Assembly (NCBI GenBank): GCA_017379895.1
Contig: JAFNVH010000078.1
Coordinates: 142 to 64,141, forward strand
DNA from: Rikenellaceae bacterium
GTDB lineage: Bacteria > Bacteroidota > Bacteroidia > Bacteroidales > Rikenellaceae
Direction of reading: 5' to 3'
DNA length: 64,000 nucleotides
Below, piece after piece: positions 36,420-46,585 of the stretch; positions within the stretch are counted from its first letter, which is position 1, and every line of letters begins with the position of its first letter. The translations under genes were made by a program, and so were the position numbers. The notes beneath the pieces were generated by a model that worked only from the letters and a program-made list of their open reading frames with translations, did not search any database and was not told the origin of the DNA.

Positions 36420-37202
36420 ATGCGCTTGACATTTCTCGGAACCGGAACTTCGCAAGGCGTACCCACGATCGGTTGCCGCTGCGAGGTGTGTCGCTCGACC
36501 GACCCGCGCGATAATCGTCTGCGCACCTCGGCAATGGTCGAGATTGGTGATAAACGCATTGTGATCGACGCAGGACCTGACTTCCGCTATCAGATGTTGC
36601 GCACGGGAGCACGACACCTTGACGCCATCCTGCTTACCCACGAGCATAAAGATCACACTGGCGGCATTGACGATGTGCGCGCTTTTAATTTTGTCGATTT
36701 CCCTATAATTCATCAGATTGACATCTATGCAACGGAGCGAACTGCCGCTTGCGTACGCAAAGATTTCGACTACGCTTTTGCCGAGAATAAGTATCGAGGT
36801 GTGCCCGAAATAGAACTCCACACATTCGATCCAAGCACGTCGTTTGAGGTGATGGGCATTGATATTGTACCTATCAAAGGTCAGCACTCGGACCGTTTCG
36901 AAGTGACGGGTTATCGCATTGGAAAGCTGGCCTACCTGACCGATTTCAAGCAAATTAGCGAGCAAGAAATTGCAAAGTTAGAAGGCGTCGACACGCTGGT
37001 TGTCAATGCATTGCGTTGGCGCGAGCACATTTCGCACTTCACCGTCGAGGAGGCATTGGAGTTAATCGATCGCGTCAAGCCGCGTCGTGCTTTTCTGACA
37101 CATATGTCGCACGACATCGGTCTGCACGCACTTGCAACCGAGCGACTGCCACAAGGTGTGCAGTTGGCATACGACACCTTCTCGATCGAGATAGACGACT
37201 AA
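36420..37202 (+). CDS. MBL-fold metallo-hydrolase
   Basis: Contains THEHKDHTGG (HxHxDH). Confidence 0.8.
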   Translation: MRLTFLGTGTSQGVPTIGCRCEVCRSTDPRDNRLRTSAMVEIGDKRIVIDAGPDFRYQMLRTGARHLDAILLTHEHKDHTGGIDDVRAFNFVDFPIIHQIDIYATERTAACVRKDFDYAFAENKYRGVPEIELHTFDPSTSFEVMGIDIVPIKGQHSDRFEVTGYRIGKLAYLTDFKQISEQEIAKLEGVDTLVVNALRWREHISHFTVEEALELIDRVKPRRAFLTHMSHDIGLHALATERLPQGVQLAYDTFSIEIDD

Positions 37203-37215
37203 AAAGGGCAACAAT

Positions 37216-38028
37216 ATGTATTTCAAAGCAAAAACCGTCATCGTAACCGGCGCCTCATCGGGTATCGGACTGGCACTCGCACGCGAATTCGCTACTGCGG
37301 GAGCCAACGTCGTGATTGGAGCTCGTAGCGGCGATAAACTTGCCGCAATTGCTGCCGAGATGCGAGCGGCAGGTGGTTCAGTTGCCTACGCAACCACAGA
37401 CGTAACCAAAGAGGAGGAGTGCAAACAGTTGATTGACTGCGCGGTAAAGACTTTCGGCGGTATCGACATCCTGATCTGCAATGCAGGCCTTTCGATGCGT
37501 GCGCTGTTCGATGATTGCGACCTTAGCGTGCTACACCGATTGATGGATGTAAATTTTTGGGGTACAGTTAATTGCTGCAAATATGCGTTGCCTTATCTAC
37601 AACAATCGCGCGGCTCGATCGTCGGCATTTCGTCGGTGGCAGGTCTGCACGGTCTGCCCGCTCGCACGGGCTACTCGGCGTCAAAATATGCGATGACAGG
37701 CTTCCTCGAAACGCTCCGCATCGAGAATCTCAAAAAGGGACTGCACGTGATGGTTGCCTGCCCAGGTTTCACTGCATCGAATGTGCGTTTTGCGGCGCTG
37801 ACTGCTGACGGAACTTCGCAGGGCGAAACGCCCCGTAACGAGAATAAAATGATGACTGCCGAGCAGGTGGCGCGTATCGTGATGCGCGGTATCAAACGTC
37901 GTAAGCGTCTGTGCCTTATGGAGTACGAGGGTCGATTAACGCACTTTATCAAGAAATTCTCGCCCGCACTTTTGGATCGACTTTTCTATATGGTGATGGC
38001 GCGCGAGCCCAACTCGCCACTAAAATAA
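37216..38028 (+). CDS. SDR-family oxidoreductase
   Basis: Contains TGASSGIG and the catalytic YSASK. Confidence 0.85.
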   Translation: MYFKAKTVIVTGASSGIGLALAREFATAGANVVIGARSGDKLAAIAAEMRAAGGSVAYATTDVTKEEECKQLIDCAVKTFGGIDILICNAGLSMRALFDDCDLSVLHRLMDVNFWGTVNCCKYALPYLQQSRGSIVGISSVAGLHGLPARTGYSASKYAMTGFLETLRIENLKKGLHVMVACPGFTASNVRFAALTADGTSQGETPRNENKMMTAEQVARIVMRGIKRRKRLCLMEYEGRLTHFIKKFSPALLDRLFYMVMAREPNSPLK

Positions 38029-38034
38029 TCGCAC

Positions 38035-38076
38035 AAAAAAATGCCGAGCTCAGCAAAAGAGTTCGGCATTTTTTTA
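38035..38076. terminator. bidirectional terminator between the SDR and M19 dipeptidase genes
   Basis: The stem ATGCCGAGCTC / GAGTTCGGCAT (one G-U pair) is flanked by A- and T-runs. Confidence 0.65.
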
Positions 38077-38096
38077 TTTCGAGTTAAACTACCCTA

Positions 38097-39170
38097 CTAA
38101 CGCTGTGCTGCGGCATAAGCCTCGACAGCCTTGAACACGCGCATCGTGTTGCCACCCCACATCTTGGCGATATCCTCGTCCGAGTAACCAGCCTCCATCA
38201 GTGCACGCGTTACGTTCTTCATCTGCGACATATTGCGGCAACCATTCATACCGCCACCGCCATCGAAGTCCGAGCCAAAGCCCACGTGATCGACACCAAC
38301 GAGTTTAACGATATGGTTGACGTGAGCGATCAGATCGGCCAAGCTCTCCTCACCTTTGGGTTTGTTCGAGATGAACGAGCGCACGATCGAAACCTGCACC
38401 ACTCCACCCTTCGCCGCAATAGCCTGAATCTCCTTATCCGAAAGGTTACGACGAATAGCCTTAACCGCATAAACACCTGAGTGCGAAGCGATAATCGGCG
38501 TTGCACTCAACTCTGCAGCCTGCAATGTTGCCAGACGCGATGCGTGCGAAACATCGATCACCATACCCACACGATTCATCTCTGCGATCACCTTGCGACC
38601 AAACTCGGTAATGCCGCCCTTCTTACCCTGATCGACGCAAGTATCGGCCACTTCGTTCGCGCCATTATGAGTAAGTGTTGCCATTCGCACACCCAGATTA
38701 TAGAAATGTTCAACTGCAGTCGTATCGGTGCCAAAGCAGTAACAATTCTCGATAGAGATCATCAACGCGCGCTTGCCGCTCTGCTTCACTCGCTCGATAT
38801 CGGCCGACGAATAGACAACCTCAGCTTTATCAACGTGCTTAGCAGCGTAACCCTTCAACCCAGCAACCATCGTCTCGGCACGATTGCGAGCCCACGCGTG
38901 ACCTGCCTCATCGCACGTACCCTGATCAATGTAGGCCGCAAATACGGCACAATCCAAACGACCCTCGATCATCTTGTCGAACGACACCTGGCCTTTGGTT
39001 GTAGTGTATTTTCCATCGGGAAAGCAATATGCCAAAGAAAAGTCATTGTGGGTATCAATCGAAATAATACGATCGTGCAGTGCATCTACCTCAGCATCGG
39101 TCACTTGACGCTGAGCCACTGTGATTATAGGTATTACGGTCATAATCAATAAAATAATTCGTTTCATCAC
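38097..39170 (-). CDS. membrane (renal-type) dipeptidase, peptidase M19
   Basis: A signal peptide is followed by the DTHNDF opening and HxD/E metal ligands. Confidence 0.8.
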   Translation of the reverse strand: MMKRIILLIMTVIPIITVAQRQVTDAEVDALHDRIISIDTHNDFSLAYCFPDGKYTTTKGQVSFDKMIEGRLDCAVFAAYIDQGTCDEAGHAWARNRAETMVAGLKGYAAKHVDKAEVVYSSADIERVKQSGKRALMISIENCYCFGTDTTAVEHFYNLGVRMATLTHNGANEVADTCVDQGKKGGITEFGRKVIAEMNRVGMVIDVSHASRLATLQAAELSATPIIASHSGVYAVKAIRRNLSDKEIQAIAAKGGVVQVSIVRSFISNKPKGEESLADLIAHVNHIVKLVGVDHVGFGSDFDGGGGMNGCRNMSQMKNVTRALMEAGYSDEDIAKMWGGNTMRVFKAVEAYAAAQR

Positions 39171-39321
39171 TCTATTTTCACTTTATTTTAGCAGGCTCAA
39201 AGATAAGGCTTTTAGTAAGATTCTACAAATCTATTTCTGAAATTAATTTAATAATTATAGTGTGTCGCGTTTGAAAATTGGGCAAAAAAGAGTATCTTTG
39301 TCATCGAAATTCCGTGACCAG

Positions 39322-39939
39322 ATGATTATTAGCAAAGCCCAATTTAAGTGCAGCAGCCAAAAGTTGCAACAGATTCCCGATGACAAGCTCCACGAGTTTG
39401 CATTCATCGGCCGAAGTAACGTGGGCAAATCGTCGCTGATCAATATGCTTACCCAACGTCAGTTGGCCAAGGTTTCGGGTACACCGGGCAAGACTCGCCT
39501 GATCAACCACTTCATCATCAACGATCAATGGTATCTGGTCGATCTGCCGGGTTATGGTTATGCACGTGTGTCGAAAGATGTGCGCGGAGGATTCTCGAAA
39601 CTCATCACCGATTACGTAACCAAGTGTCGCAAGTTGCACTTCCTGTTTGTGCTGGTAGATTCGCGCCTCGAACCGCAGCGCATTGATATGGAGTTCATTA
39701 CGATGCTTGGTCAGCAGGGAATTCCATTCGGATTGGTATTCACCAAAGCCGATAAATTGTCAGCCGCACAGCTCAAACGCAGCGTCGAGCGCTACCAGCG
39801 TACATTGGCCGAGCAGTGGGAGGAGATGCCCGCAATGTTCGTCAGCTCGTCGGAGAAGGGACGCGGACGCGATGAGATTCTAGACTTTATCGATAAATGT
39901 TTGAATGATGTTGAAAAAATCGACATCGAACAGGAATAA
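39322..39939 (+). CDS. engB: ribosome biogenesis GTP-binding protein YihA/EngB
   Basis: Contains G1 GRSNVGKSS, G3 DLPGYG and G4 TKADK. The track's start at 39262 is a GTG extension; I use the ATG at 39322. Confidence 0.85.
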   Translation: MIISKAQFKCSSQKLQQIPDDKLHEFAFIGRSNVGKSSLINMLTQRQLAKVSGTPGKTRLINHFIINDQWYLVDLPGYGYARVSKDVRGGFSKLITDYVTKCRKLHFLFVLVDSRLEPQRIDMEFITMLGQQGIPFGLVFTKADKLSAAQLKRSVERYQRTLAEQWEEMPAMFVSSSEKGRGRDEILDFIDKCLNDVEKIDIEQE

Positions 39940-39994
39940 CGATAGAAATAAAATTGTAATTTTGTAAAACTAACGATCATACCAAACTGTTCTT

Positions 39995-40936
39995 ATGGCT
40001 ATCCACAAAATCAAATTCTTCGCTTGCCGCGGTTCGCGACCTCTGGCAGAGAAGATCGCACGCAGTTACGGCAGCGAACTCGGCGACTCGCAAGTTCTCG
40101 AATTCAGCGATGGTGAATTCCAGCCCGCTTACAACGAGAGTATTCGTGGCTGCACGGTATTCATCATTCAATCGACTTTCCCGCCCGCAGAAAACCTGAT
40201 GGAGCTTCTGCTGATGATCGACGCCGCTCACCGCGCATCGGCTCACCGCGTAATCGCCGTGATGCCCTACTTCGGCTGGGCTCGCCAGGATCGCAAGGAT
40301 CGTCCGCGCGTTTCGATCGGTGCAAAGTTGGTTGCTAATCTGTTGCGTGCCGCAGGCGTTGATCGTATTATGACAATGGACCTGCACGCTGATCAGATTC
40401 AGGGCTTCTTCGATATTCCCGTTGATCACCTCTACGCAAGTGGCATCTTCGTTCCCTATATCAACTCGCTGGGCATTGAGGATTTGTCGGTAGCTTCGCC
40501 CGATATGGGTGGTGCAAAGCGTGCAAGTGCATACGCTAAGTATCTCGGCGCTCCGATGATCATTAGTCACAAGCAGCGCGAGAAGGCTAACGTTGTCGGC
40601 AAGATGACCGCTATCGGTGATGTTGAGGGCCGCAACGTGATCATTCTCGACGATATGATCGACACCGCTGGTACAATCACTATGGCAGCCGATATGCTGA
40701 TGGAGAAGGGTGCAAAGAGTGTTCGCGCCGTTGCATCGCACGCCATTCTGTCGGGTCCCGCTTATGAGCGTATCAACAACAGCTCGTTGAAGGAGGTTAT
40801 CATCACCGATACCATTCCTCTGGATCAGACAAAGGATCTATCGAAGTTCACCGTGCTGAGCGTTGCCGACATCTTTGCTGACGTTATTGACCGAGTTTAC
40901 AACTACAAGGAGATCAGCTCGCGCTTCATCTTCTAA
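39995..40936 (+). CDS. prs: ribose-phosphate pyrophosphokinase
   Basis: Contains the PRPP-binding loop ILDDMIDTAGT and MPYFGWARQDRK. Confidence 0.95.
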   Translation: MAIHKIKFFACRGSRPLAEKIARSYGSELGDSQVLEFSDGEFQPAYNESIRGCTVFIIQSTFPPAENLMELLLMIDAAHRASAHRVIAVMPYFGWARQDRKDRPRVSIGAKLVANLLRAAGVDRIMTMDLHADQIQGFFDIPVDHLYASGIFVPYINSLGIEDLSVASPDMGGAKRASAYAKYLGAPMIISHKQREKANVVGKMTAIGDVEGRNVIILDDMIDTAGTITMAADMLMEKGAKSVRAVASHAILSGPAYERINNSSLKEVIITDTIPLDQTKDLSKFTVLSVADIFADVIDRVYNYKEISSRFIF

Positions 40937-40965
40937 GAGTTGCGAGAAGCGATATTCACAATCGA

Positions 40966-41003
40966 AACAGCCGTTCCTCAATGCGAGGAGCGGCTGTTTT
41001 TTT
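40966..41003 (+). terminator. rho-independent terminator after prs
   Basis: The stem ACAGCCGTTCCTC / GAGGAGCGGCTGT (one G-U pair) is followed by TTTTTTT. Confidence 0.8.
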
Positions 41004-41042
41004 GTTAAAATAACCTTCAAAGTGCATTTTTTGATCTAAAAA

Positions 41043-41073
41043 TTTGGAAAATTCGTGGGGGGGGGTAAATTTG
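41043..41073 (+). promoter_or_regulatory. Bacteroidota-type promoter with a G9 tract in its spacer
   Basis: TTTG at 41043-41046 is separated by a 19-nt spacer, whose last 9 nt are GGGGGGGGG (41057-41065), from TAAATTTG at 41066-41073. The ATG is at 41104. Confidence 0.6.
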
Positions 41074-41103
41074 CGCTATATAAACTACTAAAACCGAGCG
41101 ACT

Positions 41104-41472
41104 ATGAAACGATTATTTGCACTGCTGCTATTGTTATCGACGACCACTCTCACGGGTTGCGATATTCCCGAAGTCGGCTTCTATGAGCGTAGCTATGAGG
41201 TTTCGGCTGCGGGCGGCGAGATGATTATCCCCGTACATACGACGGGTATCGACAATGTTAGAATGAGCTACTTGGGTAATAACAATAAAGATTGGTGCCA
41301 GATCGTCGAGGTGATCGACTACTACGAAATGACACGCGCGTTGGCGACGTGGGATTCGGGCATCAAGATCAGTTTCACGCCCAACAACTCAGACAAAAAA
41401 CGCACCGTGCGAATTATTGTCAGCAGCTTTGGCGCCGAGAGTCGAGTTATTATCCGACAGCCTGCATTGTAA
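41104..41472 (+). CDS. small surface lipoprotein, BACON-like domain
   Basis: Has a lipobox LTGC and a single ~100-aa Ig-like module ending ...KKRTVRIIVSSFGAESRVIIRQ, which is the BACON pattern. Confidence 0.5.
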   Translation: MKRLFALLLLLSTTTLTGCDIPEVGFYERSYEVSAAGGEMIIPVHTTGIDNVRMSYLGNNNKDWCQIVEVIDYYEMTRALATWDSGIKISFTPNNSDKKRTVRIIVSSFGAESRVIIRQPAL

Positions 41473-41559
41473 CTTCACACCAAACTAAAATAAGATGCCG
41501 CCCCACGCAATGTGGAGCGGCATCTTATTTTGCAATCGAACAAATCGATTTCTGATGTT

Positions 41560-42822
41560 TTATCGAACGATTGTTGCCTCACGGTCGGGACCTACCGACA
41601 CGATCTTCACGGGCACGCCCGTCTGCTGCTCGATGAACTCAACATACGCCTTCAACTCTGCAGGGAAATCCTCGTAGCGACGAATGTCGTTGATGTTGCA
41701 TTTCCAACCCTTCATCTCAGCATAGATCGGCTTGATCTCGCAATCAACCGAATAGGGGAAGTGATCAACACGCTCGCCATCGATTTCATAACCAACAGCA
41801 ACCTTGATCGTATCGAAGTCGTTCATCACATCAGCCTTCATCATAATCAGAGCCGTCGCACCGTTGATCATAATCGAATATTTCAGCGCAACCAGGTCCA
41901 ACCAACCGCAACGACGCTCACGACCCGTCACAGCACCATACTCGTGACCGATATCGCGCAACTGCTTGCCCGTCTCGTCGAACAACTCGGTGGGGAACGG
42001 ACCGCTACCTACACGAGTGCAATATGCCTTGAAGATACCATACACGTCACCAATACGGTTGGGAGCAACGCCCAGACCCGTACAAGCACCTGCGCAAACG
42101 GTATTTGACGATGTAACAAAGGGATACGAGCCGAAATCGACATCAAGCAGAGTACCTTGCGCGCCCTCAGCCAGAACGCTCTTGTCGTTCATCAGCAGGT
42201 CGTTAACAGTCTGCTCGCTATCGATGATATTGAACTGCTTGAGGTACTCGATACCATCGAACCACTGCTTCTCCAACTCTGTCACGTCGTACTCATAGTT
42301 GAGCGAACGCAACGTAGCATCGTGGCGAGCCTTAGCCGCAGCATAGATCGACTCGAAATCGCGAAAGATATCACCTACACGGATACCGTTACGGCTAATC
42401 TTATCAGTATAGGTAGGACCGATACCCTTACCCGTCGTACCGATCTTGGCACTACCCTTTGCTGCCTCGTAAGCAGCGTCGAGCATACGATGAGTAGGCA
42501 TAATCAGGTGAGCCTTCTTCGAAATATACAGGCGCTTGGTCAGATCGTGACCGCTGGCAGCCAATGCAGTAGCCTCCTCCTTGAACAGAATCGGATCGAG
42601 TACAACGCCGTTACCGATAATATTGACCTTGCCGCCCTGGAAAATACCCGAAGGGATCGAGCGCAGGACATACTTCTGTCCCTCGAATTCGAGCGTATGA
42701 CCCGCATTGGGACCGCCCTGGAAACGTGCCACCACCTCGTAATTAGGCGTCAAAACGTCTATCATTTTACCTTTGCCCTCATCGCCCCATTGCAGGCCGA
42801 GTACAACATCTACTTTTTTCAT
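41560..42822 (-). CDS. purA: adenylosuccinate synthase
   Basis: Contains the N-terminal GLQWGDEGKGK P-loop, GTTGKGIGP and TGRERRCGW. Confidence 0.95.
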   Translation of the reverse strand: MKKVDVVLGLQWGDEGKGKMIDVLTPNYEVVARFQGGPNAGHTLEFEGQKYVLRSIPSGIFQGGKVNIIGNGVVLDPILFKEEATALAASGHDLTKRLYISKKAHLIMPTHRMLDAAYEAAKGSAKIGTTGKGIGPTYTDKISRNGIRVGDIFRDFESIYAAAKARHDATLRSLNYEYDVTELEKQWFDGIEYLKQFNIIDSEQTVNDLLMNDKSVLAEGAQGTLLDVDFGSYPFVTSSNTVCAGACTGLGVAPNRIGDVYGIFKAYCTRVGSGPFPTELFDETGKQLRDIGHEYGAVTGRERRCGWLDLVALKYSIMINGATALIMMKADVMNDFDTIKVAVGYEIDGERVDHFPYSVDCEIKPIYAEMKGWKCNINDIRRYEDFPAELKAYVEFIEQQTGVPVKIVSVGPDREATIVR

Positions 42823-43020
42823 TTGTTCGGTTTTAATTTTTACATTCAGTGCAAAAATAAATTGCTGTCAAAGTTAATGCTTTTTCGCTAAACCCCCAAA
42901 TAAATTTTCGGCTTTTTCTTTCCGATTGGACTCTTCGGCTACATTTCGGCTATTTATATACACTATATTACGTTAATAGATATTATATCATTTTTTTTTA
43001 GTACCTTTGGCCCTTAAAAA

Positions 43021-45030
43021 ATGATACTGTATATGCGAAAATATATCATCGGTTTGCTCATTACGCTATCGCTCTTTGTTGCGAAATCGGCTTCGGCTCA
43101 GTACAACAAGGAGTATTTCTTTTGGGTTGGCCGTCACTTTCTGATCGAGAACAACTACTCGGAGGCTATCAAGACGCTCAATATCTTGCTGCGCGTCGAT
43201 GAGGAGGCCTATGAGGCATACTTCCTGCGCGGCATTGCAAAATACAATCTCGACGACCTGCTGGGTGCCGAGGTCGATTTCACGAGCGCCATCGAAAAGA
43301 ATCCTGTATTCACCAACGCCTATACCTATCGCGCTATTACTCGCTCGCGATTAGGTAATTACGACGATGCACTGAAAGATTTTCAGGAGGCAATCGACCT
43401 GCGTCCCGACCTCCCGAATCCCTATTACAGCCGAGGCGTTACGCGTCTGCTGAACCAGCAGTTCAAGGAGGCGATCGAGGATTTCGATATGTTCATTCGC
43501 CACGACGCGAAGGTCATTGATGCTTACATCAATCGCGGTACAAGCTACCTTTATTTGAAGGATACGGTTGCTGCTTACCACAACTACAATCTGGCAATTC
43601 GCACCAATCGCGAGAACCCCGATGGCTACAATCGTCGCGGTGCGCTGTTGATGGCACAGCAGAAGTACGAAGATGCATTGGTCGATTTCAATAAGGCAGT
43701 CGAGTGCGATTCGAGTTATCTTGTTTCGTTCTTCAATCGTGCAATTGTTCATTCGCACTTGAATCGTCCCGTCGAGTCGCTGGCAGATTTCGACCGCACC
43801 ATTGAGCTCGACTCGGCAAACTCGCTCGCCTACTTCAACCGCGCTATCGTGCGTTCGCAGATTGGCGACTACAACCGTGCGTTGGAAGACTACAACCAAG
43901 TGGCTTACTACACGCCCGAGAACGTTCTGGTTTACTACAATCGCGCGTTGTTGCACACCCAGTTGGGTGATCTGAGAGCAGCTCTGCACGATTACGACAA
44001 GGCGATCGAGCTCTATCCCGACTTTGCAAATGCCTATATCAATCGCGGTAATATTCGATATATGTTGCGCGATACGAAGGGTGCTCGTCAGGATCGCCAG
44101 ACAGCCGATCGTAAGATTGCTGAGTATCGTTCGAAGTTGAAGGACAGTGTTTCGTATTCGATCTACTCGGACACCACGCACCGTTTCGATCAGTTGCTCT
44201 CGTTCGATACTAAGATGGCTGGTAGCAACTTCGAGCGCATTACAACACACACATCGGGCGAGAATCTGGCTCTTATGCCACTGTTCCGCTTCACGATTAC
44301 ACGCGCTGATAGCGTAACGACAATCGACCCGAAACGCTACCACCTACAACGTGTCGAGGATTTTGTGGCACAACTCGCACAGCCCGACTTGAAGCTCTCG
44401 CGTCGTGAGTGCGACATTCCGATCGACTCACTTGTCGATCTCGATGCTCGTCTGGCAGAGCGCATTATAGAGCACGTTGATGATTGGCAGCCGCTGTTCT
44501 TACGCGGTATCACTCAGTCACTTATCAAGCAGTATACCAATGCCGTTGCAACATACGCCGCCGCCATCGAGCGCGCACCGAGCAACCCGTTCCTGTACTT
44601 GAATCGCTCGACGACGCAGGCTGAGATGATCGACTTTATCTCGTCGATCGACAACTCATATCAGCGCATTACGATCGACGCCGATCCGGTCAATCGTCTA
44701 CAAAATGCATCGGCCCGTTCGTACAACTACGATGAGGCGATTGCCGACTTGAACAAGGCGATCAAACTCTATCCGCAGTTCGCATACGCCTACTACAACC
44801 GCGCCAACTTGCAGGCTCTGTCGGGCAAGCTACCTGAGGCATTCGACGACTACTCGAAGGCTATCGAGCTGTGGCCGAACTTCGCCGAGGCGTACTACAA
44901 TCGCGGCTTGGTGCAGATCTATATGAAGGATACGCGCAAGGGTTGCCTCGACCTGAGCAAGGCGGGTGAGCTGGGCATTGCAAATGCTTATCAGTTGCTG
45001 CAACGCTACGCAACGGCTAAACACGATTAA
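43021..45030 (+). CDS. tetratricopeptide-repeat protein (secreted)
   Basis: Has many 34-aa repeats of the form A..Y.NRG..... A..D...AI.L.P. and an N-terminal signal. The start could instead be the ATG at 43033. Confidence 0.8.
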   Translation: MILYMRKYIIGLLITLSLFVAKSASAQYNKEYFFWVGRHFLIENNYSEAIKTLNILLRVDEEAYEAYFLRGIAKYNLDDLLGAEVDFTSAIEKNPVFTNAYTYRAITRSRLGNYDDALKDFQEAIDLRPDLPNPYYSRGVTRLLNQQFKEAIEDFDMFIRHDAKVIDAYINRGTSYLYLKDTVAAYHNYNLAIRTNRENPDGYNRRGALLMAQQKYEDALVDFNKAVECDSSYLVSFFNRAIVHSHLNRPVESLADFDRTIELDSANSLAYFNRAIVRSQIGDYNRALEDYNQVAYYTPENVLVYYNRALLHTQLGDLRAALHDYDKAIELYPDFANAYINRGNIRYMLRDTKGARQDRQTADRKIAEYRSKLKDSVSYSIYSDTTHRFDQLLSFDTKMAGSNFERITTHTSGENLALMPLFRFTITRADSVTTIDPKRYHLQRVEDFVAQLAQPDLKLSRRECDIPIDSLVDLDARLAERIIEHVDDWQPLFLRGITQSLIKQYTNAVATYAAAIERAPSNPFLYLNRSTTQAEMIDFISSIDNSYQRITIDADPVNRLQNASARSYNYDEAIADLNKAIKLYPQFAYAYYNRANLQALSGKLPEAFDDYSKAIELWPNFAEAYYNRGLVQIYMKDTRKGCLDLSKAGELGIANAYQLLQRYATAKHD

Positions 45031-45064
45031 AAACAATTAAAACAAACTAATAATTCAAACAACA

Positions 45065-46465
45065 ATGGTAAAAGCAATTCAAAAAAAGTTGAGCGAATCG
45101 AAGACCGCGCGTTGGAGCGTCCTCGCGCTTGTTTCGTTCACGATGATGTGCGCCTACTTCATCTCGGACATTATGTCGCCGCTCAAGACTCTCCTCGAGA
45201 AGGAGATCGCTGACGGTGGTCTGGGTTGGACCTCGATGGACTTCGGCGTATTCAATTTCTCGTACGGTTGGTTCACCGTATTCCTGTTTATGCTCATTAT
45301 CGGTGGTATTATCCTCGATAAGTGGGGCACCAAGTTCACCGGTGTGCTAGCTACCGGCCTGATGCTGGGCGGTGTGGCTATCAAGTACTTCGTTATCGAG
45401 TACACCGTGCAGAATCCCGATTTCGCAGCTCAGACACTGCCTTGGTTGGGTAATATCCACTCGTCGTTGCTCTACATCTCGTTGGGTTATGCAACCTTCT
45501 GCCTCGGTTCGGAGATCGCAGGTATCACCGTAACCCGTATCATCGCTCGTTGGTTCGCAGGTCGTGAGCTGGCGCTGGCGCTCGGTTTGCAGGTGGCTAC
45601 TGCTCGTTTGGGTACGGCTGCTGCATTCGTGCTCTGCCCGATGTTGCCCGAGTGGTTCAACTTCCAGATCTCGGCTCCCGTGATGGTCGGTTTGGCGATT
45701 ATGTGCATCGGTTTGATCACCTACCTGGTATTCTGCGTGATGGACGCTCGTCTGGATAAGGAGGAGAGCGAGTCGAACGTTGAGCAGGAGGAGCCCTTCC
45801 GCGTGCGCGACATCATCGACATCATCAAAGTGCCTGCATTCTGGTATATCGCAATTCTCTGCTTGGTGTTCTACTCGGCTGTGTTCCCCTTCTTGAAGAA
45901 CGCTACCGACTTTATGTTCAACAAGTACCCTATCGATTTCGCATACGCTTCGTGGATCCCCGCAATGTTGCCCTTCGGCACCATTCTGCTGACCCCGATC
46001 TTCGGCCGTATCTACGATAAGGTGGGTCGCGGTGCTTCGCTAATGTTGATTGGCTCGGTGCTGTTGGCATTCGTTCACGTGGTATTCGCAATGCCGCAGA
46101 TCACCAGCGTGGCTGTCGCTATCGCAATGATGATCGTACTGGGTATCGCTTTTTCGTTGGTTCCGTCGGCTATGTGGCCCGCAGTGACCAAGATCGTTGA
46201 GCCCAAGAAGCTCGGCTCGGCTTATGCGCTGATCTTCTGGTTGCAGAACGTAGGTCTGATGGGTGTGCCCCTGCTGATCAACTGGGTATTGAACGAGTAT
46301 TGCATCATCGGCACTCAGACGCTCGACGGCGCTATCATCAACAAGTACGACTATACCACTCCGATGGTTATCTTCGCGGCTCTGTCGTTCACTGCAATCA
46401 TCTTCGCTATCCTGCTCAAGCGCGAGGATAAGCGTAAGGGTTACGGTATCGAGGAGAAGAAATAA
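45065..46465 (+). CDS. MFS transporter
   Basis: About 12 hydrophobic helices and an MFS-like loop motif (ARWFAGRE). Confidence 0.7.
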   Translation: MVKAIQKKLSESKTARWSVLALVSFTMMCAYFISDIMSPLKTLLEKEIADGGLGWTSMDFGVFNFSYGWFTVFLFMLIIGGIILDKWGTKFTGVLATGLMLGGVAIKYFVIEYTVQNPDFAAQTLPWLGNIHSSLLYISLGYATFCLGSEIAGITVTRIIARWFAGRELALALGLQVATARLGTAAAFVLCPMLPEWFNFQISAPVMVGLAIMCIGLITYLVFCVMDARLDKEESESNVEQEEPFRVRDIIDIIKVPAFWYIAILCLVFYSAVFPFLKNATDFMFNKYPIDFAYASWIPAMLPFGTILLTPIFGRIYDKVGRGASLMLIGSVLLAFVHVVFAMPQITSVAVAIAMMIVLGIAFSLVPSAMWPAVTKIVEPKKLGSAYALIFWLQNVGLMGVPLLINWVLNEYCIIGTQTLDGAIINKYDYTTPMVIFAALSFTAIIFAILLKREDKRKGYGIEEKK

Positions 46466-46490
46466 CGAACCTAAGCTGTTCTAAAACTCT

Positions 46491-46529
46491 GCGGGTGCGA
46501 TCTTACAAATGGATCGCACTCGCTTTTTA
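46491..46529 (+). terminator. rho-independent terminator after the MFS gene
   Basis: A 12-bp stem, GCGGGTGCGATC / GATCGCACTCGC (one G-U pair), is followed by TTTTTA. Confidence 0.7.
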
Positions 46530-46585
46530 TTGCTATTCGCACTTTTTTCGCTACATTTGCGGTCTAATCCCCTAAACTCCCAAAT

